Shown here: positions 57,801 to 64,000 of the stretch, one piece after another
Layout: each line of letters starts with the position of its first letter
Position numbering within the stretch: position 1 is the stretch's first letter
IMG/VR virus record: IMGVR_UViG_3300027833_000035
Span: 8,896-72,895 of that record
Length of the DNA: 64,000 nucleotides
Strand: one strand, 5' to 3'
Origin: a virus
Made by a program: the position numbers and the translations under genes
The notes under the pieces: generated by a model
The model's database searches: none
What the model saw: the letters and a program-made list of their open reading frames with translations, nothing else
What the model was told of the DNA's origin: nothing

Positions 57801-60800
57801 GCTATTTGGTTCCAATGTAACTCTATCGTTAAGAGAAACAGTATGTCCAGGCATAGTCATTACAAAGTCGCCATTTGCTGGATCGTATGTTGCAGTTGTT
57901 GGTGTATATGTTGTTGTTTCAACAATAGTTTGAGTTACAACACCTTGAAGTGGAGTAACAACTTCGTTTCTAACAATTTGACCAACTAAATCTGATGCAA
58001 AGAAGAATGCCTCTGATGTTGGAACAACTTCTTCATCATCTAATACTGGGATAGCATTTTCAAAATATAGTTTCGAGTTAGTTGCACTTAATGCATTCGA
58101 ACCGTTTTGTGTATCCCATGCGATTAGATCAACGAAGATACCCATATCTCTTTCACACGCAGCAGTGTTATATACAAAGTTTGGATAGTTAGCTGTGATA
58201 AACGCGATGATTTCTTTTTGGATAAACGCTTTGTTAGTAAGTATTGCTTTACCTGCTTGACGATGTTCTGGTGAAATTGTCAAGTCACCGTATACTGGTA
58301 AATCAGCACCTGCGATACCATTTGACATAATATCAATGATAGTATCAAACGCAGTATTTGACCTTGTAATTGCTGTAGCATCAGTCAATACGTCAGTTGC
58401 GATTTTACCTTTGAGCCAAGTAATAGCGCCAACTGTTTGAGTTAACTGATCGTTGATTACCGCGTTAGCGCCAACCGTACCAATTGTATAACCTTTACCT
58501 ACATAGTAAGCGTTAACAGTTGAGTCTGTTAGAATATCTCTAGCAACTGCATCTAAAATTAAACCTGTATCTCTTGAGCATTTGTTATTGTCATAGACGA
58601 AGTAAGTATTTTCCATCCATTCTTTAACTTCATTTTGAAGATAAGCTTTATTTTTCTGTAGGATACGAGAAGCATATGTACCTTGCTCTTTAGCACCAAC
58701 CTGTACAACCGCACCTTCATCAGCACTTACGAATGTATGTGGATCAGTATTAGTTCCTGCATTTCCGCAGTTTACCGTGATTGTATTTGATGTTGTTGAA
58801 GTAATTTCTAATGGTAATTGATAAGCCTTATCACCAATACGTGGTGAGTAATCAGTACCACCACCATTGTGAGCACAACTGAATGCAAAGCTTAATGGTT
58901 GTAATTCAATGTGATCGCCAGTTGTCATACCGTGGTCAGTAATAGTAATAACCATCTCGCCACTTACTGGGTCGTATGTAGCAGTTTCTGGTGTAAAGGC
59001 TTTTATAACTCTAGCAGAGTCTGAGAAGAATAATGCGTTTGAGTCGATTGAGTCTTCAGTCGCCGATACGAATGTATGGTTATTAGCATGTCCACCAGCA
59101 TTACCAACATTAACAGTAATTGTGTCTGATGTTGTTCCAGTAACTCTTACCGGTTCTTTATATGCAGGGTGATCGTTTAATGGTGAAAGGTCTGTACCTG
59201 TTACGCCACCAACATCACAACTGAATACCATTGACTCAGGAGCAATTTGGATCCATTTACCAACCGGTAAATCGTGTTGTCCGATAGTAATTTCTAATTC
59301 ACCAGTTACTGGGCTGTATGTTGCAGTCTGAGGAGTAAATTTACCAGTCCACATTCCTGCTTCACGTATTGCGTTATTAGTTGCTGATACGAAAGTATGT
59401 AGTGATGTATCGCTTGACTCACCAACATTAACAGTAATAGTTGTTGAAGTTCTTGCAGAAATTGTAACTGGCTTTTTATATGCAGGGTGCATTTTTTCAG
59501 CTTGGATACAGTTATCAGATGCAGATACGAATGTATGAGCACCACCGCCATCAGCAATTCCACCTACATTCATATAGATTTTTGTTGCATCAACTTTTTC
59601 AATAGTAATTTGTTTCTTATAGAATGGGTGATGTGATTCTGGTGCAGGGTGGTTTGTTATATCACCGTCAAGTTGACAAGTAAAGATAATTGAACTTGGT
59701 TTAAATTCAACCTTATCACCAACCTTCAGTGTATGTGTACCAATAGTTGCGCTAAACTCTCCAGTAGCAACATCGTATGAAGCATCAGTTGGAGTAAAGT
59801 TTAAGAATTGATTTGCAGGATAAGCATGTTTAGTTGCATTGTTATCAAGTGCACATGTAAACACTAAACTGTGTGGTTCAATATAAATTTCATCACCGAT
59901 GTTAAAGTCATTAGAACCGATCGTCATAACGACTGAGCCTATTGCAGGATCGTATACTGCGTTAGTCGGTGTATATTTTTTACCATTGTTATTTAGTAAT
60001 CTCGACATTTCGTCGAAAGAAGCATTTGTTCTATCAATGGCAATTGAGTTATCGCCAATAAACGTAGCAGCTCTTGCTTTTAAATAATCAATAGAACCAA
60101 CGGTTTGCTCTAACTGTTCAGTAACACTTACCTCACCAGATTTAGTACGGTAAGCAGCTCCAGTTTGAATTGCGTTATAGTTTGTTCCAAGAATTAAATC
60201 ACGTTGTACTGCAGGTAAAATATACTCTTCAGTATCTCTGTGACATTTTTTGCTATCGTAGAAGTACCATTCGTTGTCGGCCCATTCCATCATATAGTCT
60301 TGGATGTATTCTTTATTTGATTGTAGAATTTTACGTGCGTTACGTTTGTCAACTGATATACCAGTGTTATCAGAGTATGTCAATAGCGAACCGATTACTG
60401 ATACCGCATTAGCAGATGCTTCAACAAATCTATGTTCGAAGTTAGCAGCCGTTAATCCTGGGTTAACCGTAATAGTTTTTGCTGATACCGCAACGATTGG
60501 AAGCGCAGCCAAGTAAGCCTTTTCTGATTTACGCGGATGGCTAATTTTTGTTTTAAAGTTATCACTTGAACATGTGAATGTAAATGATTCTTCACCAAGG
60601 TTAACATAACGTCCAACTGTTAAATCGTGTGTACCGATAGTAATAACCATCATACCAGTTGTTGGTTCGTATGTTGCTTTAGTTGGCGTATATTTTTCGC
60701 CTGAGTTTGCAATCGTATCAATAACGTTATTAAATGCAGAGTAAGCAGATGTTGCCGCAGGAGCAGAGTTAGCTTGAATTAATTCATCAGTTGTTTTTCG

Positions 60801-63800
60801 TAATCTCTTAAACGAAGCAACAGTTTCATTTCTTTGGTTTTCAAGGCTTGTTCTTGCAGTGTTAACATAATATGCTAATCCAGCGTTTTCAGTATTATAA
60901 TTTGTATCTAACATCATGTCATATTTGACAGCAGGTAAGATATATTCCTGAACATCTCTTTCACACTTAGCGCTATCGTAAGCGTAGAAATCATCGTTGT
61001 TATCAATCCAATCAACAAAATCGTTGATGATTAATTCTCTGTTAGACTGAACAAGTTCTCTAGCAGCAGTCTGATCTGATTTACCAGTATCTGAGAATAT
61101 AATAGGGTTCGCCGCAGCTTCACCATTTTCTAAGATGTTTAACGTTTCATTAAGTGAAGAGTTAACTCGAGATATTAATTCAGAACCTGCGTTACCAAAG
61201 ATACCACCATTTGTACTAACAATAGAGTCCTTAAGGTGATTAATAGATCCAGTAGTTTCTGTTAATTGTTCGTTAACAACAAGGTATGAAATTGGTGAAC
61301 GATATGAAATACCATTTAATCGGCCCCAGTAGTTACCCTTTGTAGCAACATCGAAACCAGTGTTGTCAACAATAATTCCTGTATCTCTGAAACATTTATC
61401 AGCATTATAACCTTGATAACCTAAACCACCATCAGAAGCAGGTGACGTTAAGTAGTAAACCATGTCATCAACGATTTCATCTGATTTTGTTTCTAGCACA
61501 TCGGCAAACGCAGAGTTAGCAATTAAGTTTCCAGCAGTGCCTTCAGCTGGTCTAATAATAACTGTTGAACCTCTTGCTCTCATTGATATGTCACCAAACT
61601 GAGAACCTGAGTTGTTCAATGTCATTTGGCCGCCATCAAGAGCAAAGAACGCTTGGCGAGTAAAGATTGATAATGAACCAATACCGTTAACACCCGCGCC
61701 GTTTTTAGCAACGTAACCTGTACCGTTTTGAGTACGAGGTGTGAAACCAAAACATAATACGTATGTATATAGTGAGTCTGTATCTAGTACCGCTCTATCT
61801 GCCAATAGACAACCACCGCCACGACCAACTAGTCTGTTAGGGAAATCATCAATTCCGATTGACTCGATAGTACCTGTACCACCACGTTGTGCGTATAGTA
61901 CATCGCCAACTTCAACATTACCTTTAAGGTTACGAACATAAATTTGTCTGTTAGCATCAATATCATTAATATATGAAATATAACCTGATGCACCAGATGA
62001 GAATGTTACTTCATCATCAACTTCAAATTGAGTTTGAACAGAGTGACCTGCAACTAAATAGAATTCTTGACCTAAATCAAGGATGGTACCTTTTGAGTTA
62101 AACGGATTTAACGGAGGTTCAACATCAAGTCTATTAAAGTTTGAAAGCTGAGTGGAGTCACGAAGATATGGTGAACGTCTTAGTAGAGCGCCTGGTCTGT
62201 AGGCGATAGCAAAACCACCTTCAGGTTGGTCAAAGTTATCAACTTCGAAGTTCATGTAAGAGAAACCTTGGACATAACAACCGGATCCAACTAGAATACC
62301 GTTTGTTTTTTCCCAACCCTTTTTCTTTTGAATAAGTGTGGCATACTGACCACTGGTCGATGTCATTGATGTATCATCAGGTAACATAACTGGTTCATCA
62401 ACGTAGTACGTACCAGGGCCTACTGAGATGTGAACCGCGTTATTAATATCGTTACGATCATATGAACCACCAGCTTTTTCTAAAGCAAGTAACCCAGCAC
62501 GTTTTAATGTTTTAACTGGTTGTAAAATAGTTCCTGGGTATTTGTCGTCACCATCAGAAGCAACGTGGATCTTAAGTGATTTTTCTGTTTGTTTAGAGAA
62601 TTCGTTATACAGTTGACGATAAGTCATCTTCTCTGTTTCACCAGTCTTAACATTTTTCAATGCAAAGTAACTATCTTCGTCGAGCATTGGCTCAAACTCT
62701 TTAGTGATATTCATATCAAAGTCTACAAGAGTACTATCCTCGATTGTAGAATTAGCTATGGCACCATCTTTAAATTCTGAATTTTCAATAACTGATTTTT
62801 GTTGACCAAGGCCATCAGTTGATGAACTTGTAATTGTCATATTCTGAGCAGTTACATTATCAAGTGTACCTTGGAAAGATGAATTTGTAATAACGTTATT
62901 AGCAAGTGTACCATCTTGGATTGTAGTATTAGTAAATACGTTATTGTTACCAGTTCCATCAGAGAAATCTGAGTTAGTAATCTGAACGTTATTTGCAGTG
63001 CTATCATTTAATACTGAGTTAGTAATAACAATGTTGTTTGCAGTCGAGTCAATGATAGATGAATTACTTGTTGTAGTATCCCAAATTAAACCATTAGCAA
63101 ATCTTGAGTTTGTAATCGTTACATTATCTAAATCAGTATCACGGATATCAGAATTAGAAATATCTGTATCAACAATAGTAACATTTGATACTGCAGTGTC
63201 TCGGATCGTACCATTGCTAAAGTCAGTAGTAATAATTACTGAGTTTGACATTAACGCATCTTCGAGAACAATTTCATCAATCGTAATGTTAGTAAGGATT
63301 AAACCGTTCGCAGTACCTTGCTCAATAGCAACGTTCGCAAAGGATGAATTATCAACCTGCGAATTAGTAAAGATGTTGTTATTGCCGGTTCCATTAGAAA
63401 AATCGGAATTATCAATCGCCATGTTATTGGCAGAACTATCAAGTATTGTTGAATCGTCAATAGTTGAATTCGTTAGAATAACGTTATTACCAGTACCATC
63501 ATTAAATTCAGAATCAGTAATTACTGAATTCGTCATTGTCATGTTATTGGCAGTTGACTCTTCAATGGCTACCGTGCTAAGCGCCGTCCCAGCCATTGTT
63601 CCGTTGGATATAGTAGAGTCGTTTATTTCAACATTGTTGAGAGTTGAAACCGACATAATGACGTTTTGAATTGAACCGCCGGTAATTTTTATATTGTTGA
63701 AAATTTCGAATTGTAATGCTTGAACCAGTTCCTTACGTGTGATGTTTTTTGTTCCATCATCACCTTGGATCAAGTTAACAATAACGAAAAGATCCTCAGA

Positions 63801-63848
63801 TCTTGTATTGGCGCCTGTTATCGGACCGAGTTCTGAAATCAATGACAT
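51804..63848 (-). CDS. Giant (4014 aa) repetitive virion structural protein
   Basis: N-terminal S/N/T/I-rich short-period repeats; HVASDGDD...PVKTLKRA motif; about 11 C.RD.G.I.DA helical repeats; about 12 TPT.A.Y...FTC...HTFVSA modules. Confidence 0.82.
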   Translation of the reverse strand: MSLISELGPITGANTRSEDLFVIVNLIQGDDGTKNITRKELVQALQFEIFNNIKITGGSIQNVIMSVSTLNNVEINDSTISNGTMAGTALSTVAIEESTANNMTMTNSVITDSEFNDGTGNNVILTNSTIDDSTILDSSANNMAIDNSDFSNGTGNNNIFTNSQVDNSSFANVAIEQGTANGLILTNITIDEIVLEDALMSNSVIITTDFSNGTIRDTAVSNVTIVDTDISNSDIRDTDLDNVTITNSRFANGLIWDTTTSNSSIIDSTANNIVITNSVLNDSTANNVQITNSDFSDGTGNNNVFTNTTIQDGTLANNVITNSSFQGTLDNVTAQNMTITSSSTDGLGQQKSVIENSEFKDGAIANSTIEDSTLVDFDMNITKEFEPMLDEDSYFALKNVKTGETEKMTYRQLYNEFSKQTEKSLKIHVASDGDDKYPGTILQPVKTLKRAGLLALEKAGGSYDRNDINNAVHISVGPGTYYVDEPVMLPDDTSMTSTSGQYATLIQKKKGWEKTNGILVGSGCYVQGFSYMNFEVDNFDQPEGGFAIAYRPGALLRRSPYLRDSTQLSNFNRLDVEPPLNPFNSKGTILDLGQEFYLVAGHSVQTQFEVDDEVTFSSGASGYISYINDIDANRQIYVRNLKGNVEVGDVLYAQRGGTGTIESIGIDDFPNRLVGRGGGCLLADRAVLDTDSLYTYVLCFGFTPRTQNGTGYVAKNGAGVNGIGSLSIFTRQAFFALDGGQMTLNNSGSQFGDISMRARGSTVIIRPAEGTAGNLIANSAFADVLETKSDEIVDDMVYYLTSPASDGGLGYQGYNADKCFRDTGIIVDNTGFDVATKGNYWGRLNGISYRSPISYLVVNEQLTETTGSINHLKDSIVSTNGGIFGNAGSELISRVNSSLNETLNILENGEAAANPIIFSDTGKSDQTAARELVQSNRELIINDFVDWIDNNDDFYAYDSAKCERDVQEYILPAVKYDMMLDTNYNTENAGLAYYVNTARTSLENQRNETVASFKRLRKTTDELIQANSAPAATSAYSAFNNVIDTIANSGEKYTPTKATYEPTTGMMVITIGTHDLTVGRYVNLGEESFTFTCSSDNFKTKISHPRKSEKAYLAALPIVAVSAKTITVNPGLTAANFEHRFVEASANAVSVIGSLLTYSDNTGISVDKRNARKILQSNKEYIQDYMMEWADNEWYFYDSKKCHRDTEEYILPAVQRDLILGTNYNAIQTGAAYRTKSGEVSVTEQLEQTVGSIDYLKARAATFIGDNSIAIDRTNASFDEMSRLLNNNGKKYTPTNAVYDPAIGSVVMTIGSNDFNIGDEIYIEPHSLVFTCALDNNATKHAYPANQFLNFTPTDASYDVATGEFSATIGTHTLKVGDKVEFKPSSIIFTCQLDGDITNHPAPESHHPFYKKQITIEKVDATKIYMNVGGIADGGGAHTFVSASDNCIQAEKMHPAYKKPVTISARTSTTITVNVGESSDTSLHTFVSATNNAIREAGMWTGKFTPQTATYSPVTGELEITIGQHDLPVGKWIQIAPESMVFSCDVGGVTGTDLSPLNDHPAYKEPVRVTGTTSDTITVNVGNAGGHANNHTFVSATEDSIDSNALFFSDSARVIKAFTPETATYDPVSGEMVITITDHGMTTGDHIELQPLSFAFSCAHNGGGTDYSPRIGDKAYQLPLEITSTTSNTITVNCGNAGTNTDPHTFVSADEGAVVQVGAKEQGTYASRILQKNKAYLQNEVKEWMENTYFVYDNNKCSRDTGLILDAVARDILTDSTVNAYYVGKGYTIGTVGANAVINDQLTQTVGAITWLKGKIATDVLTDATAITRSNTAFDTIIDIMSNGIAGADLPVYGDLTISPEHRQAGKAILTNKAFIQKEIIAFITANYPNFVYNTAACERDMGIFVDLIAWDTQNGSNALSATNSKLYFENAIPVLDDEEVVPTSEAFFFASDLVGQIVRNEVVTPLQGVVTQTIVETTTYTPTTATYDPANGDFVMTMPGHTVSLNDRVTLEPNSFTFTCTMDGDDAAKTYPRAGLDPYALKTYLVKEVSANTVTLDAAASGPNKYFTPTSANYDAASGVMIVNVGQHGLRVGNGIVLEDNSFTFTCDQDGNATQHTYPRVGDPLTGKSLSITAVGETQHTPTNAVHSPSSGDTTITVAGHGFSNGDYVMIADYGLVYTCVLDGNTVEKGYPRATDFASNRWLEISDVTTDTFKLNVGPSPYNGAHIFVSATANSIRRQTGTMTFNVGDAGSASGSVHTFVSATANAMKHEPQTVHTFVSVTADAVNVANMAEAYTPTNVAYNHNSGVMTMTLGTHSFTERDYVIFAENAITLSCPTSPTDATPINISHPRPTDPIYNKPVRIDSVTPTTITLQVGEARVDKAHSFVSALADGVRRSIKPAVAQHAEKLFADVGGVIRENDGTIPAIVEPAFDTFTANYTLGAEFESIKGQAVKYQTEINEYIADTYNGLAYSLEKCPRDTGYIVDAISEDLEYGGDSATIFNARYYFEGAINVLPQYQREPTRLAFTHLASVMQKVVKNEVQDPIFGARFTPTGATYDPVTGIMVATIGTHTLTTADHVWFKPNAITFSCDTGSGPTNHASPEAHHRFFNKACPIIGADATTITLWVGNAGAYTGAHTFVSALADGISEINGNLLYQNVSLQAADTATGTIASDLAMVIANIVDDRLVIPDYRGSLDISQRTPKPLPTENLLTKPKADPARTFARKSLQWNRTFIQEELIQFVRDNNYTFDEAKCARDAGFIIDAVRRDVQTGSTYNGKYIGKSYRIGTVGADKVIEDQLAETIEGIRYVQKDIEAQLSGVALTRTQDSFNNIITSMINDYTPDGTNYNYGAGQISDNHVFAREALQLNREFLKEEATAWVNANYGGLSYDVNKCKRDTGIMVDAVSYDTQHESNTAMLDVAKLYFENGLSTLSSAQRAPTAALYTHLSAVASQIVLKQTVGRSAGNTVTQNTSFGVVTVPIAQHITSLWKIVGDLIADDSLINMPDVSEIATNTVGAENYLYDPEATLIAGRKDNLQGTITQYLRDNFDYLEYDEARCRRDTGYIVDAISHDIQYGGNSAMHGTAELYFKNAVNILPIDQRQSTREAFEYLGKVVRWVTRNEMVPRKEGRKFTPSTATYDPDTGVFTATMANHNLKVGDYVMIAPESINFTCSMDGDIALHPSPQSGDPYYNAPMKILSRTGTTITMNVGKVPYGKGGGAHTFVSSTLNSITHITGNTVRQEMKFRAARRTIADEAKSLATMLAKVADDNSPANIPSRIDPDITWVQDDLMVAKGAVDDNSIQMAKDLQIHIANEYNGISYSKEKCRRDVGVMIDAISHDVNYTTNYAMIMTAGLYFEGAHSILPADQRQQTAHFFTEMAGVVKSVVQNETAYQRGFTSTDATYDADTGYFTATIDADHGLEIGDYVSFEPESFTFSCDTGAGPTDHAVPEAHHPYYDVPCPVLYVEGNVITMWVGAAATYSGAHTFVSAIEGGLKKAVRTWTTQDTSITAATSVEGEEVADLVRIVEDAIRRDNIDGLPDIIEPNTSWVDAGKIEASKIIDDNLDELADDVTKFLKDTFTIIDYSKAKCRRDAGYIIDAMSWDLNYGGNLATHWNADFYYWNNELRIPEDTRVATAKAYRQLGKIVSQVVIGKLPNQAIRSELGTTTQEAQAIRLGDILHNVMFYNTPKSLGPKEEPNFEWETDKTFNFAKDILNNNRNKLQREVQRFITSEYKFIDLPKTYRDGGNLIKVLMNDFKGRVIDPVVGTVGSDKASRSFVGALFNIDAQHVFPVFNPPESYVDWRRLRFKGTVNNVPALAALNATSKKWDTRIVSTDPNANRYTGNIYVYDGAAVWNNVGANNTDLLDSFTGAWSRMKTYINNNIAPDVDHSTMVTELIDNLITESVIRPDFLVFGSLVESIAHQFNGASAGVNRNALPLNFRNVGAAIGANASVLSEGGGRIRWSGSDELNNQYFARGLKINGRTGRIEGRPFTSSVRKLARRASNSRAAL

Positions 63849-63884
63849 TATTGAGTACCTTCGTATGTTTCTACTATTTCTTTT

Positions 63885-63892
63885 TATTTATA
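63885..63892 (-). promoter_or_regulatory. T4-type late promoter upstream of the giant gene
   Basis: Exact TATAAATA on the minus strand, 36 nt upstream of ATG 63848. Confidence 0.75.
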
Positions 63893-63930
63893 AAAAATAG
63901 TATGATTATTCGTGTCTAATTATATTTTAT

Positions 63931-63999
63931 TTACTCTGCTTTCCAGAGTACAAAATCGTCTATGGTATCTTTATCAACATATTTTCTTTCGCGTAAAAT
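63931..63999 (-). CDS. Possible 3' end of an upstream gene (partial)
   Basis: Open frame ...ILRERKYVDKDTIDDFVLWKAE* enters from the window edge; too short to assign. Confidence 0.4.
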   Translation of the reverse strand: MLRERKYVDKDTIDDFVLWKAE

Positions 64000-64000
64000 A

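Noticed and set aside
62998-63669. 223-aa plus-strand ORF and other antisense ORFs in the track (e.g. 431-739, 2632-3042, 8176-8649, 45390-45932)
   Set aside because: They are shadow ORFs lying opposite well-supported genes and have no recognisable motifs.
1-64000. Stop-codon reassignment, tRNA or rRNA genes
   Set aside because: Core genes are full-length under the standard code and TAA, TAG and TGA all serve as stops. Intergenic gaps are short and AT-rich, with no cloverleaf seen.

Overview
This 64-kb AT-rich window is the virion morphogenesis region of a large T4-like myovirus, encoded mostly on the minus strand. The left part holds the canonical T4 head/tail/neck block: gp22 (partial), gp21, a core-position gene, gp20, gp19, gp18, gp17, gp16, gp15, gp14 and gp13. 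The right part holds very large fibre/structural proteins (2792, 701, 1291, 1566 collagen-like and 4014 aa). T4-type late promoters (TATAAATA) precede many of these units. Between the two parts lies a ~18-kb accessory region: a small sugar-modification cluster, two oxygenases and nine radical-SAM proteins in two convergent operons. The rSAM block sits directly behind two tandem 126-aa paralogues ending in YYCH(S/A)SCHSSCHSSRGRR, which are translationally coupled to the long tail fibre gene. The best candidate for a new system is a phage-encoded, late-expressed, RiPP-like maturation pathway acting on small, probably virion-associated Cys/His/Ser-repeat proteins. All calls come from motif recognition and synteny; no database search was run and the host cannot be determined.
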